From assembly GCA_030428885.1 (NCBI GenBank), contig JAUIEJ010000011.1, forward strand, positions 121,279 to 185,278: 64,000 nucleotides of DNA, in the 5' to 3' direction. Source of the DNA: Gemmatimonadota bacterium (GTDB taxonomy: Bacteria > Gemmatimonadota > Gemmatimonadetes > Longimicrobiales > Gaopeijiaceae). Below, piece after piece: positions 38,323 to 48,650 of this stretch. The notes under the pieces were generated by a model, which saw nothing but the letters and a program-made list of their open reading frames with translations, searched no databases and was not told where the DNA came from. Position 1 is the stretch's first letter, and every line of letters starts with the position of its first letter. The translations under genes were made by a program, and so were the position numbers.

Positions 38323-40859
38323 CGGCGCCCCGCTGGGCCCGGCGCCTGCTGGCCCGGGCCGTGGATCCCTCCGAGGTGGACGACCGCCTGGGCGACCTGG
38401 AAGAGGTGCATCGGCGGCGGGTGGGCCGCCACGGGGCCGGGGTGGCCGCCCTCCTCACCGGGCTCGACGCCACGGGGGTCGCCGCCGCCGCCGTGGGCGG
38501 CCGCCTGGCCCACCGAGTCCGGGAGGCCCGACCCGGCGGCGTGGAGATGCGCCTGGCGCTGCGCCTCCTGGGCCGCACCCCCGTGCTGTCGGCCGCGGCG
38601 GTGGCGGCCCTCACCGTGGGCATCGGCCTGGCCACCACCGGCTTCACCGTGGTGAACGCCGCCCTCCACCCGGCGTTCCCGTTTCCGGCGGGGAGCCGGT
38701 ACGTCGACGTGGCCGCCGCCCACGCCGACACCCGGGACGCCGTGGCTCCCGACGCCGACCTGGTGGCGGCGTGGCGGGAGGAGGCCGCGGGAGTGGAGCA
38801 CCTGGGGCGCTACCGGGGCGGCGCCGCCAACGCCGCCTGGAACCCCGGCGAAGTGGAGCGCATCGCCGCCCTGGAGATCGAGCCCGCTTCCCTGGCGGCC
38901 CTGGGGTTCGCCCCGGCGCTGGGGCGCCTTCCCACCTCCGACGACGCCCGCGCCGGGTCGGCGCCCGTGGTGGTCCTGGGCGACGGGCTCTGGCGCCGCC
39001 GGTTCGGCGCCGATCCCGGTGTGGTGGGGCGCACGGTGGAGGTGGCGGGCGTGGTGAGGCGGGTGGTGGGGGTCCTGGGGCCCGAGGCGGTGGCCCCGGC
39101 CCCCGCCGACGTCTGGCTGCCCCTTCCCGAGGCGGCGATGGACGGCGTGCGGCTCTTCGGCGTCCTGACCCCCGGGGCCGACCCCGAGACCGTGGCCGCG
39201 GGGCTGGCGACCCGGGCCCGGGGGCCCGAGGGCGCGGCCCTGCGCGTCGACGTGCGACGGCCCGGCGCCGGTCCCGAGGGGCGGGCCGCCGGCGGGCTGG
39301 CGGTGGCCCTCCTCCTGGGGCTCCTTACCGTCCTGGCGGGCAACGTGGGCAGCCTGGTGGCGGCCCGCACGGCCGCCCGGGCCTCGGAGCTCGCGGTGCG
39401 CTCGGCCCTGGGGGCGTCCCGGAGCCGACTGGTGGGGCAGCTCGTGGCCGAGGTGGGGGTCCTGGTGGCGGGGGCCACCGTCCTGGGGGTGGGGGCGTCA
39501 CGCTGGGTCACGGCGGCCTTCGTGGCGTCGGAAGGCGACGAACTGCCCATCTGGATGGACCTCTCCCTCGACCTCCGGGTGGCGGCCTTCGTGGCGCTGG
39601 CCGCCGGGGCGGTGACCCTGGTGGCCGGGGTGTGGCCGGCCCTGGCCGCCACCGGGCGCCGGGGTCCCGGGGGGCTCCGGGGCGGCGCTGCCCCCGGTCG
39701 GGGCCACGGCCCCCTGGTGGTGGCCCAGGTCGCCGTGGCCGTGGCGGTCCTGGGGTGCGCCGCCATGGTGCACCGGGGGTGGGCCGGCGGCCTGGCCGCT
39801 CGGAATCCGGACGTGCCCGTGGACCGCCTGGTGGTGGCCGAGCTCACCCTCCCGCCCGACACGCCCTGGCCTCCCGCCGCCCTCCTTCGGGGCCTGGACG
39901 GCGCCGCCGGGGTGGAGGCGGCGACCCTGGCCACCCACGTGCCGGGCACCGACGCCCGCCGGGGCCCGGTGCAGCTCGAGGGGTCGGCGGGGGACGGGCC
40001 GGTGGTGGCCCGCATCGAGGTGCTCCCGGGCTACTTCTCCGCGGTGCTGGCCGAACCCCTGGCCGGCCGGGTGTTCTCCGACGACGACGCCCGGAGCGGC
40101 GCCCCGCCCGTGGCCGTGGTGGATCGGGCCTTCGTGGAGGCCCACCTGGGGGGCGGCAACGCCGTGGGCCGCCGCCTGCGCTGGGCCGGCTCCATGCCCG
40201 GCAGCGACGAGCCCGGGCCGTGGCTCGAGATCGTGGGGGTTGTGCCCGACCTGGGCGTGGCCGGGGCCGACCCGGCCTCCACCGGCGCCGTCTACCGCCC
40301 CCTGGACGCCACCGCCGACCCCCGGCTCATCGTGCGCACCGCCGCCGCCCCCCGGGTCCCGCCCGGGCCGGCCATCCGGGCCGCCCTCTACGACGTCGAT
40401 CCCGCGGTGGGGGTCCAGTCGGTGCGGGTCCTGGGCGACGCCCTGGACGCCCGTCGCCGGGTCTACCGATGGATGGGCTCCCTGGCCACGGGGGCCGGCC
40501 TCCTGGTCCTGGCGCTGGCGGTGCTGGCCACCTACGCGCTGTTGGCCTTCGAGGTCACGCGGCGCACCCGGGAGGTGGGGGTGCGGGTGGCCCTGGGCGC
40601 GTCGGCCGGTGCCGTACTCCGCCCCATCCTGGCCCGGACGGCGTGGCGGCTGGCGGCGGGCGCCGCCCTGGGCACGGCCCTGGGCGCCCTCCTCCTGGCC
40701 CTGGTCCGGGCCACGCTGGTCATGCGCTTTCCGGCAACGGGAACGGCCACCTTCCCGGTCCTGGCGGGCGTGGTGGCCGTGGCGGGGGTTCTGGCGGCGT
40801 GGGTGCCGGCGCGGCGGGCCCTGGCCGTGCACCCCATGGAGGCGCTCCGAACCGAGTGA
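38319..40859 (+). CDS. duplicated orphan ABC permease (ADOP-like), divergent
   Basis: [48 protein letters not shown] overlap with padR. Confidence 0.85.
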   Translation: MTAPRWARRLLARAVDPSEVDDRLGDLEEVHRRRVGRHGAGVAALLTGLDATGVAAAAVGGRLAHRVREARPGGVEMRLALRLLGRTPVLSAAAVAALTVGIGLATTGFTVVNAALHPAFPFPAGSRYVDVAAAHADTRDAVAPDADLVAAWREEAAGVEHLGRYRGGAANAAWNPGEVERIAALEIEPASLAALGFAPALGRLPTSDDARAGSAPVVVLGDGLWRRRFGADPGVVGRTVEVAGVVRRVVGVLGPEAVAPAPADVWLPLPEAAMDGVRLFGVLTPGADPETVAAGLATRARGPEGAALRVDVRRPGAGPEGRAAGGLAVALLLGLLTVLAGNVGSLVAARTAARASELAVRSALGASRSRLVGQLVAEVGVLVAGATVLGVGASRWVTAAFVASEGDELPIWMDLSLDLRVAAFVALAAGAVTLVAGVWPALAATGRRGPGGLRGGAAPGRGHGPLVVAQVAVAVAVLGCAAMVHRGWAGGLAARNPDVPVDRLVVAELTLPPDTPWPPAALLRGLDGAAGVEAATLATHVPGTDARRGPVQLEGSAGDGPVVARIEVLPGYFSAVLAEPLAGRVFSDDDARSGAPPVAVVDRAFVEAHLGGGNAVGRRLRWAGSMPGSDEPGPWLEIVGVVPDLGVAGADPASTGAVYRPLDATADPRLIVRTAAAPRVPPGPAIRAALYDVDPAVGVQSVRVLGDALDARRRVYRWMGSLATGAGLLVLALAVLATYALLAFEVTRRTREVGVRVALGASAGAVLRPILARTAWRLAAGAALGTALGALLLALVRATLVMRFPATGTATFPVLAGVVAVAGVLAAWVPARRALAVHPMEALRTE

Positions 40860-40868
40860 TCCGACGGG

Positions 40869-41264
40869 TCAGCGCCGGACGAAGACCTCCCGACCCCAGC
40901 GCAGGGTGTCGCCGGCCACCGTGGCCGAGCCCGACAGGACCGCCAGCGAGGGGCCCTCGCCGAACATGGAGAGGGAGAAGGCCGGGGCCTCGGTCTGGAA
41001 GCGGTACCGATCCGTGAGCCCGAACCCGTCGAGGCGGGTAGCGGCGCCGCCCCGATGGCGGGTCAGGACCCAGGTGCGATCGGGACGCAGCACCAGGAGG
41101 GCGCCGTCGTCGGCGGGCCCCACGGGGGTCTCCACGGCGTTCTCGACCCGGGCCGCGAGCTCGTACTCCCCGGCGATCTCGTCGGCCGGCCCCACCGGGT
41201 CGTCGCAGGCGGCGAGGACGGCCAGCAGCGCCGCCGCTCCTCCGATCCTCCCCCACCTCGTCAT
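40869..41264 (-). CDS. hypothetical lipoprotein
   Basis: Lipobox LAA-C followed by DDP. Confidence 0.55.
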   Translation of the reverse strand: MTRWGRIGGAAALLAVLAACDDPVGPADEIAGEYELAARVENAVETPVGPADDGALLVLRPDRTWVLTRHRGGAATRLDGFGLTDRYRFQTEAPAFSLSMFGEGPSLAVLSGSATVAGDTLRWGREVFVRR

Positions 41265-41348
41265 GGCGTCATCCCGTCTGCGAGTCCGTGCGATCCGTCT
41301 CCGACATGTTCGTTCCGCGCCGACCCCGGCGCAAGCGAACCCACGGGC

Positions 41349-42731
41349 CTACCGCACCTTCCGCGCGGGTTGGTCCCGCCCTCCCTGATGGAGCACCAGA
41401 CCGCTGACGGCCCCGTCGACGCCCACCTGGAAGGTGATGCTCGCCTCCACGGCCCGGAGGAAGAACGCCACCTCCGACGACGGGTAGAGCACGAACGACG
41501 GCTGGCCCGTGGCCTGCACCTCGAGCCGACCGTCGGCCAGGGAGACGTCCAACGAGAACTGGGGCGTCATCTCGTAGGTGCCCACGTAGCGCGCCAACAC
41601 GGCCTCGGGGACGTCCACGGTGGGGCGGGCCGCCGGGGTTCCGGGAGGATCCAGCGGCACGCCGGGGTGGAGCAGGTGGAAGCCGATGTCGTCGGCGCCG
41701 TGGGTGGTGTTGGTGAGCACCACCACCCCCGTGCCTCGATCGGGATCGAAACCCAGGAAGGTGCGGAATCCACCGGTTCCGCCGTTGTGCCAGACGATGC
41801 GCCCCTCGCCGGTGGTGCGCACGTGCCAGGCCAGGCCCACGGCCATGTCCGGCGACACGGTGCGTCGGGCCTCGTGGCTCGCGCGCATGGCCCGTTCCAG
41901 CGTCGACGACGGCGCGCCCACGTTGGCCGCCAGGAACCGGAGCATGTCCCGGGCGTCGCTGCGCAGGGCTCCGGCGGCGGCCAGGGTCGGCAGGTCCCAG
42001 AGAGGCACGGCTCGTCCATCGAGATCGTGGCCCTGCACCATGTGGGACTCCATCTCGGGCGTGAGGGCACTCCCGGTGTGATCCATGCCCAGAGGCCCCA
42101 GCACCCGCTCCCGAAGCAGCTCGTCGAACGACGTGCCGGCCACCCGTCCCAGGGCGTGGCCCAGGAGTCCCATACCGAGGTTCGAGTAGGCGTAGGTCAT
42201 GCCGGGCTCGGTCATGAGCACCGCCCCGTTCAAGTACTGGTAGAGGTCCCGAACCGTGTAGTCGGCGTAGGGATTGGCCGGATTCGACGGGCGCAGGTTG
42301 GAGGGAATCCGGGCCAACCCCGAGTGGTGCGTGACCAGGTGCTCCAGGGTGACGGGGCCCTCGGCGCCGGCCGGCACCGACACCGAATCCGGGAGCAGGT
42401 CCTCCACGGGACCCCCCAGCTCCACCTCGCCCCGGGCCACCATCTCGGCCAGGAGCACCCCGGCGAAGGCCTTGGTGATGGAGCCGATCTCGAACACCGC
42501 CTCGGGGCCCAGCGCGGGCCCGCCGTCGCCGCCGTCGCCCGCCGCCACCACCCGGGTGGATCCGTCGGCCTCCAGCAGTCCCACCACGATCCCACGCCCC
42601 AGCCCCTGATCGAGACGCTCCTGGATCAGGGCCCTCACGTCGGCGTCGGACGCGAGGGTCTGGGCCGGCGCCGGCGCCGCCCACGCTGCGGCGACCAGGG
42701 CCCCGACCGCGGCCACGCCACGGATCGTCAC
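41349..42731 (-). CDS. serine hydrolase (beta-lactamase/AmpC-like) with C-terminal DUF3471
   Basis: FEIGSITK (SxxK), YAYSN, HNGGTGGF, C-terminal LARYVGTY..Q..F.L. Confidence 0.9.
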   Translation of the reverse strand: MTIRGVAAVGALVAAAWAAPAPAQTLASDADVRALIQERLDQGLGRGIVVGLLEADGSTRVVAAGDGGDGGPALGPEAVFEIGSITKAFAGVLLAEMVARGEVELGGPVEDLLPDSVSVPAGAEGPVTLEHLVTHHSGLARIPSNLRPSNPANPYADYTVRDLYQYLNGAVLMTEPGMTYAYSNLGMGLLGHALGRVAGTSFDELLRERVLGPLGMDHTGSALTPEMESHMVQGHDLDGRAVPLWDLPTLAAAGALRSDARDMLRFLAANVGAPSSTLERAMRASHEARRTVSPDMAVGLAWHVRTTGEGRIVWHNGGTGGFRTFLGFDPDRGTGVVVLTNTTHGADDIGFHLLHPGVPLDPPGTPAARPTVDVPEAVLARYVGTYEMTPQFSLDVSLADGRLEVQATGQPSFVLYPSSEVAFFLRAVEASITFQVGVDGAVSGLVLHQGGRDQPARKVR

Positions 42732-43414
42732 CCGATGCCGTCCACGCCGGTGTAGCGTTCCACCACGCGCATCTCGCCCTGGGGGAACTGGACCGCCTGC
42801 CGCCGCTCCACCGGGCGACCCTCGGCGTCCACGCCCAGGGTGGCCGACCCCGACGGCTCGCCGGCCACGGTGATGTCGAAGGCCACGGCATCGTCCGATC
42901 CGTCCATGGCGGCGGGGCGGAAGGCGTCCACCACGACCCATTCGGCGGCGCCGCCCTCGGCGTGGTCGGGCGCGGCGTTGCCCGTGAGGCGGGCGAGATT
43001 GTGGAGGATCCCCATGCGGGTGAAGCCCACCAGGAGCGCCTCCCGCAGAGCCGGGGGCTCGGGCCCCTCGGCGGGAGCCGCCACGGCGCCCCACCGCGCC
43101 GCGTCGCCGTCGGCGTGGAGCGCCACGTCCACGGGCTGGCCCGCGAAGGTCCCCAGAGCCGTGAGTTGGGTGGATCCGTCGGCATTCAGGTCCAGCCGCC
43201 CTTCCAGGGACACCTCCACCGCTCCCTCGGCCGTGACCTGGAAGGCCAGGTGCAGTTCCTCGGCCTCCAGCAGCCGGGCCTCGAGCCCGGTGAACGTCTC
43301 GGCGGGCGTGGGCGCCTCCACCGGGGCCTCGGCCCCTCCGGCGGCGTCCTCCCCTCCGGCGCAGGCCAGAAGCCCCCCCGCGAGCACCACCACCGCACCC
43401 CTCGTCCAACCCAT
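42728..43414 (-). CDS. hypothetical lipoprotein
   Basis: Lipobox LLA-C, overlap with the downstream hydrolase. Confidence 0.6.
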   Translation of the reverse strand: MGWTRGAVVVLAGGLLACAGGEDAAGGAEAPVEAPTPAETFTGLEARLLEAEELHLAFQVTAEGAVEVSLEGRLDLNADGSTQLTALGTFAGQPVDVALHADGDAARWGAVAAPAEGPEPPALREALLVGFTRMGILHNLARLTGNAAPDHAEGGAAEWVVVDAFRPAAMDGSDDAVAFDITVAGEPSGSATLGVDAEGRPVERRQAVQFPQGEMRVVERYTGVDGIG

Positions 43415-43446
43415 ACGTCCCCCTCGCTCGTGTTCGTGTTCGTTCG

Positions 43447-44154
43447 TCAGAATCCCCACGTGAGCCCTCCGTCCACCACCAGGCTCTGCCCCGTCACGTA
43501 CGAGGCGTCGTCGGACATCAGCCACGCCACCGTGGCGGCGATCTCGTCGACCCGGGCGGGCCGTCCCGCCGGAATGCGGCTCCGGGTGGCGGCGTCCACC
43601 GGGTAGCTGTCCACGAACCCCGGCAGCACCGCGTTCATGCGGATCCCCGCGGCGGCGTAGCGATCGGCGTACAGCTTGGTGAACCCGCCCAGGGCGGCCC
43701 GCAGCGCCGACGAGATGGGAAAGTCCAGCGACGGCTCCCGGGCGCCGAACGCCGAGACGTTCACCAGGGCGCCACCGCCTCGGGACTCCAGCATCGGCGT
43801 CAGGATCCGGGCCAGCCGCACCGTGAGAAGCAGCAGGAGATCGAGCCCCGCATGCCATTGCTCGTCGGTGAGTTCCAGGAGCTCGCCCTTGGCCGAATGC
43901 CCCGTGTTGATCACCGCCCCGTCGACGCGCCCGTACCCGGCCACCGCCTCGTCCACCAGTCGCTGCAGGTCGGCGGGTTCGGTCACCGACCCCTGCACGG
44001 CCACGGCGTCCAGCTCCCGGGCCAGCTCCACCACCTCGGCCGAACGGGCCAGCAGCGCCAGCCGGTATCCGTCGCCGTGGAGCCGCCGGGCCACGGCCTC
44101 GCCGATGCCCCGGCTCGCAGCCGTTACCAGCACCACCCGCCCCTCTCCGTTCAC
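43447..44154 (-). CDS. short-chain dehydrogenase/reductase
   Basis: VLVTAASRGIG, NTG, GIRMNAVLPG, YVTGQSLVVDGG. Confidence 0.9.
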   Translation of the reverse strand: MNGEGRVVLVTAASRGIGEAVARRLHGDGYRLALLARSAEVVELARELDAVAVQGSVTEPADLQRLVDEAVAGYGRVDGAVINTGHSAKGELLELTDEQWHAGLDLLLLLTVRLARILTPMLESRGGGALVNVSAFGAREPSLDFPISSALRAALGGFTKLYADRYAAAGIRMNAVLPGFVDSYPVDAATRSRIPAGRPARVDEIAATVAWLMSDDASYVTGQSLVVDGGLTWGF

Positions 44155-44798
44155 CGAACCACCTCCACCGTCAGAATCGAATCCAGGGCGGGATACCGCT
44201 CCCGCAGATAGGCGTTGCCCTCGGTGAAGATCCGGCCCTGGGCGCCGGCCTCCAGTTCGCCGTACACAGCCATGAGACGATCGATGGTGGCCATTCCTTC
44301 CACCACCTCCCCCACCGGAGGGAAGCCGCCGTTGCAGCAGGTGTCGTATTGCAGGTTGTCGATGCGGTTGATGAAGAGCTGGAAGTCCCGGGTGTGGGGG
44401 CCGCCCCGGGCGAACGACACCGCGCCCCGGACGTTGCTCCCCCGGACCGGCTCGTCCCGGATGGGGAGGGCCCGCCAGACGCTGTCCAACGCGGGCTCTC
44501 CCGAGAATCCGAACTGCACCACCCGGGGATTGTTGCGGAAGAAGCGCCCGCCCTCGAAGAACCCGTGGCGGGCCAGGTAGTGCACCCGATCCACCCCCAG
44601 AGGCGACCAGGCGCGCCGGAAGCGCACGGTGAAGTCGCCGGCGCTGGTTTCGAAGCGCACGGCGAAGGAGTCGGGAGCGGGTTCGGCCAGGGCTTCGGGC
44701 GTCGGCGCCCGGAGGGCTTGGCCGTCTCCGCAGGCGGCGGCCTGGAGTCCCCCGAACGCGAGGGCGGCGATGAGGATCCAACGGCGATGTAGGCGCAT
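44151..44798 (-). CDS. cyclophilin-type peptidyl-prolyl isomerase
   Basis: SPLGVDRVHYL..GFFEGGRFFR, VVQFG, GAVSFA..GPHTRDFQLFIN, GF.PVGEVVEGM. Confidence 0.85.
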   Translation of the reverse strand: MRLHRRWILIAALAFGGLQAAACGDGQALRAPTPEALAEPAPDSFAVRFETSAGDFTVRFRRAWSPLGVDRVHYLARHGFFEGGRFFRNNPRVVQFGFSGEPALDSVWRALPIRDEPVRGSNVRGAVSFARGGPHTRDFQLFINRIDNLQYDTCCNGGFPPVGEVVEGMATIDRLMAVYGELEAGAQGRIFTEGNAYLRERYPALDSILTVEVVR

Positions 44799-44910
44799 GG
44801 CCCGGAAGATGACGGAGGGGCGTCACGAACGCGAGGCGTGAAACGTTCTCTCTCCACGAACCCGAGCCCACACCGGACTCGCCTCTCCCCGTCTCGCTCC
44901 CGCGCCACCG

Positions 44911-45291
44911 ATGGACCGTACGCTGCTCTTCCGCATGCTCCTGCTTCTGAGCTTTCTCGCCCTGGTGTCCTGCACCGAGGGAGACGCCCTGGTGGATCCC
45001 GCCAACGAGGCCCCCACCTGGACGGGGGTCATCGAGTCCGGCCCCTTCACCGACGTGCCCGACCCTCCGGGTTCGGTCTTCTGGGTCGACGTCAATCCGC
45101 CGGGATCGGGGCTCCAGGTGGGTATCATCGTGCGGAGCGCCACCGAGATCGTCTTCCGGGACGATGCGGGCTTCCAGCCCGGAGGCGCCGAGTCCCTCCA
45201 GGTGGGTCAGGACGTGCGGGTCTGGTCCACGGGCATCGAGTACTTCTCCACGCCGCCCATGGTGGACGCCGCCCGCATCGAGGTGTGGTAG
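44911..45291 (+). CDS. lipoprotein, DUF3221/YobA-like
   Basis: Lipobox LVS-C, LQVGQDVRVW..STPP..AARIEV. Confidence 0.55.
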   Translation: MDRTLLFRMLLLLSFLALVSCTEGDALVDPANEAPTWTGVIESGPFTDVPDPPGSVFWVDVNPPGSGLQVGIIVRSATEIVFRDDAGFQPGGAESLQVGQDVRVWSTGIEYFSTPPMVDAARIEVW

Positions 45292-45306
45292 GGCGGGGGA
45301 CTCCCC

Positions 45307-46035
45307 TCAGTCCGGGTCGTCCGAGGCGTCGGGCAGGGCCCGCCGGGACGCCAGCGTCCACGCCAGGGCCCCGATTTCCTGGAACTGGGCGTCCCGGGTG
45401 GCCCTCCAGCGTCGCCCCCCGAAGAGGGCCGACCCGAAGAGGGCCGCGCCGCCCCCGCCGATGAGGGTGAAGATGGTGGCCACCTCGCCGAGCCCGCCCC
45501 CTCCCAGCAGCGCCAGGGCCGAGAGCACCACGTTCGCGCCCAGCATCATGGCGCCCCCCACGAGCCGACCGCGCACGCTGTTGCTCAGGGAGCGCATGCG
45601 CAGCCGGTAGCCCTCCCGGGTGGGCTCCAGGAGCACCTGGAGGTTGCCGTTGGACCAGCTCCGGAGAGAGCCCTCGTGGACGGTGTTGCCCCGGGCCTGG
45701 AAGAGGTCCCGCAGGCGCACCACGAGTTGATCCCAGTCCTCGTCGCTGAGGCGGGCCGGCAGATCCACCACCCGGCCCACCGTGATGGGCACCCCGAACC
45801 GCCGGATCGTGGGCACGGCGTCGCCCGAGGTCTCCAGGTCGGCGGCGGCCCGGGCCACCAGGGCCGGGTCGATGCCCGCCTCGGCGCCGATGGCCTGGAG
45901 CTCGGCCAGGGACATGCCCGAGGAACTCGACGCCGACGAGCCCCCGGCCGTGATGCGCCCGGGGGTGTCGAGTTCGGTGGCCCGCTCGAAGATCTCCCGG
46001 ACCTCGTCGTCGTCGTAGCGGCGTGAATCGCTCAT
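45307..46035 (-). CDS. hypothetical membrane protein (paralog A)
   Basis: RRYDDDEVREIFERATE, SLAELQAIGAEAGIDP, two C-terminal TM segments. Confidence 0.7.
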   Translation of the reverse strand: MSDSRRYDDDEVREIFERATELDTPGRITAGGSSASSSSGMSLAELQAIGAEAGIDPALVARAAADLETSGDAVPTIRRFGVPITVGRVVDLPARLSDEDWDQLVVRLRDLFQARGNTVHEGSLRSWSNGNLQVLLEPTREGYRLRMRSLSNSVRGRLVGGAMMLGANVVLSALALLGGGGLGEVATIFTLIGGGGAALFGSALFGGRRWRATRDAQFQEIGALAWTLASRRALPDASDDPD

Positions 46036-46045
46036 GATGCCTGGC

Positions 46046-46789
46046 CTACGACGCCGGAGGGGTGATCCTTCCGGATCCGTCGCTCACCACGCGCTGCGCC
46101 TCGGCCCCCAGCCGGTGGAATTCCTCGTCGCGGCGGGGCAGCCACTTCGCCGCCTTGGCCCGCCCAACGGCCCACATCCCGGCCCCCACGGCCGGCAAGC
46201 CGGCCATGATCCCGAAGAGGGCCATGGGAATGGGCTTTCCGGCGCCGGCCGACAGGATTCCCATGAACGCCGCCAGCAACAACCCCGAGACGCCCATGGC
46301 CAGGCCCCCGTCCAGGTACTGCTTCGAGTCGTTGTCCAGCGACTGGAAGCGGAGCCGGGCCCCCTCGTCCAGGGGCTCCAGGAGCACCTGGAGGTGTCCG
46401 TTGGACCACGTCTGGAGCGATCCCTCGGTGCGAACCTCCCCGGCAGCCTCGAAGGTGTCCCTCAGGCGCACCACGAAACGATCCCACTCGTCGGGATCGA
46501 GCATGCGGGGCAGCCGCACCGCGTGGGCCACGGAGATGGGCACGCCGAAACTGGTCCGGGGGGCCGGGAGGGCGGCCCGATCCACCAGCAGCGCCTGGGC
46601 GGCCTCGGCCACCCGCTCCGGCGAAATGCCCACCTCGGCCGCCACCTCCTGGACGTCCCGGAGGGTCAACCCGTGGCCGGGCTCGGCCCGGGCCGCCGCG
46701 GACGCCGGGAGCGCCGGGGTCTCCCGGATCTCCGTGGCCCGGTCCAGGATCTCCCGAACTTCGTCGTCGTCGAACCTGCGTTCGGACAT
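46046..46789 (-). CDS. hypothetical membrane protein (paralog B)
   Basis: RRFDDDEVREILDRATE, TLRDVQEVAAEVGISP, same architecture as the neighbour. Confidence 0.7.
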   Translation of the reverse strand: MSERRFDDDEVREILDRATEIRETPALPASAAARAEPGHGLTLRDVQEVAAEVGISPERVAEAAQALLVDRAALPAPRTSFGVPISVAHAVRLPRMLDPDEWDRFVVRLRDTFEAAGEVRTEGSLQTWSNGHLQVLLEPLDEGARLRFQSLDNDSKQYLDGGLAMGVSGLLLAAFMGILSAGAGKPIPMALFGIMAGLPAVGAGMWAVGRAKAAKWLPRRDEEFHRLGAEAQRVVSDGSGRITPPAS

Positions 46790-46797
46790 GGGGTCGT

Positions 46798-48540
46798 CTA
46801 TTCCTCTCGAAGCAGTACGGCGGGCTGAATGCGGAAGAGGGCCCGGGCCCGGGGCAGGGCCCCCGCCACGGCGGCCAGGAGCACACCGAGGGCCAACAGC
46901 CCCCGGACTCCCGGATGCACCGCGCCACCGACCCCCAGGGCGTCTTCCAGCGCCCACGCCACCGCCAGTCCCAGGACCGAGCCCCAGAACGCCCCCTTCG
47001 CGGCACGTCCCACGATACGGGCCGCGGGCCGCCGGGGCGATGCCCCCAGGGACAGGCGAATGGCCGCCGCCCGGGCCCGCCCCCGGGCCTCGACCCGTGC
47101 CACCTCGGCCGACGAGACCAACGCGAGCAGGAGGGCCAACCCCCCGGAGACGAACAGGATCCACCCGGCCCACGCCACCGGGGCCACCGCGGCCCGGCGC
47201 AGCTCGGGAAGGGGCAGGGGATCGGCCAGGGGCGTGAGCCCCGTGGGCGCCCCGCCCGTCGGATCGGGCGCCCCCTCCACCACCGACGCCGGGTGCTGAG
47301 CCAGGGGCACCCATAGCACGGGATCTTGGGCGCTCGGGGCGCCGGGCCCCCGGAACACCGGGTCCTCCACCACCCCCACCACCCGGACCCACCGCTCGCC
47401 CGACCCCGACAAACGGATGCGGCGCCCCACGGGCTCGCCGCCCTCGAAATGGCTTCGGTAAGCCTGGTTCACCACGCCCACGAGCTCGGTGCCGGCCCCG
47501 TCGGCGGCGTTCAGGGTCCGACCCTCCACGGCCCGGGCGCCCAGGGCCTCCAGCACCTCGGCCCCCACGGCGTGGACCGTGGAGTCCACCCCGTAGACCG
47601 GCAGATAGAAGGTGCCCCGGGAGCAGAGACCGCACTCCACCGTGACCAGATCCCGGGTGCCCACGCCGATCCACGCCCCCGCCGACGCCAGCAGGGCGTC
47701 GTCCCGGGGCGATGAGGGGTCGTCCACGACGTAGCGCCCCACGGCCACCCCGTCCGGCGATCCCTCGCCGGCCAACCCCGGCACACCGGGCAGCCCCCGC
47801 ACCAGAGCCACGCCCGTGAGGGCCAGGGAGAGAGACAGTCCCACCTGGAGGGTGGCGGCGCCCCGGCGCACGGTTCCGGCCCGGGGATCGTCGGTCACGC
47901 CGTGGCCCTGGCGCAGCAGGGTGGGCGCGCGCCGGCCCAGTCCGGGCAGGGGCGAGAAGAGCCCCACGGCCAGCACCAGGGCCACGGCCCCGGCGGCGGC
48001 GCCGACGAAGGCCGCCACTCCCGGGCCCGAACTCCCCACGCTCTCCGCGCCCACCACGGCGAGGCCGGGCCAGGTGCCCCGGATCAGCGCCCCGGCCACC
48101 CCACCCACCCCCGCGCCCACCGCGCCCAGCACCACCAGACGGCGCCGGTCCCGGGCCAGGAGATGGCGCGCCAGGGCGCGCCCGCCCACGCCCAGAGCGT
48201 GACGCACCGCCAATCCCGGCCGCCGACGCTCCCGGCCGCCTACCAGGAGCAGCAGCACGGTGAAGAGGCCCAGCCCCGCCACCAGCACCAGCAGCCCGGT
48301 GGCCAGGGTGATCCGCTCCGCCACGGCGCCGGCGGCCACGGCGTCGGCCCCCGTCACCCCGGCGCTCCACGCCGCGCCCCACGACGGGTCGGGGGCGGCC
48401 GCCGGGACCAACCCCGGGAGCACCGCCGCCGCCAGAATCGCCGCCACGGCCACGGCCCCCGCCCCCACACCCACGGGAGACAGGCTGTGCTGGCGACGTC
48501 GGCGAGATCTTCGAGGGGGCGAAGGCACGGGCGGTTCCAT
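46798..48540 (-). CDS. divergent FtsX/MacB-like permease
   Basis: [57 protein letters not shown]. Confidence 0.7.
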   Translation of the reverse strand: MEPPVPSPPRRSRRRRQHSLSPVGVGAGAVAVAAILAAAVLPGLVPAAAPDPSWGAAWSAGVTGADAVAAGAVAERITLATGLLVLVAGLGLFTVLLLLVGGRERRRPGLAVRHALGVGGRALARHLLARDRRRLVVLGAVGAGVGGVAGALIRGTWPGLAVVGAESVGSSGPGVAAFVGAAAGAVALVLAVGLFSPLPGLGRRAPTLLRQGHGVTDDPRAGTVRRGAATLQVGLSLSLALTGVALVRGLPGVPGLAGEGSPDGVAVGRYVVDDPSSPRDDALLASAGAWIGVGTRDLVTVECGLCSRGTFYLPVYGVDSTVHAVGAEVLEALGARAVEGRTLNAADGAGTELVGVVNQAYRSHFEGGEPVGRRIRLSGSGERWVRVVGVVEDPVFRGPGAPSAQDPVLWVPLAQHPASVVEGAPDPTGGAPTGLTPLADPLPLPELRRAAVAPVAWAGWILFVSGGLALLLALVSSAEVARVEARGRARAAAIRLSLGASPRRPAARIVGRAAKGAFWGSVLGLAVAWALEDALGVGGAVHPGVRGLLALGVLLAAVAGALPRARALFRIQPAVLLREE

Positions 48541-48650
48541 GGCGGAGAGGGCGTCGTCGGGAGCCGCCCACCTGTGGCGGAACGACGCCGACCGACTACC
48601 TTGCCGCCGTCGTTCCACCGGGCCGCGCCCGTCCTTCCGGAGTCCTGAAG

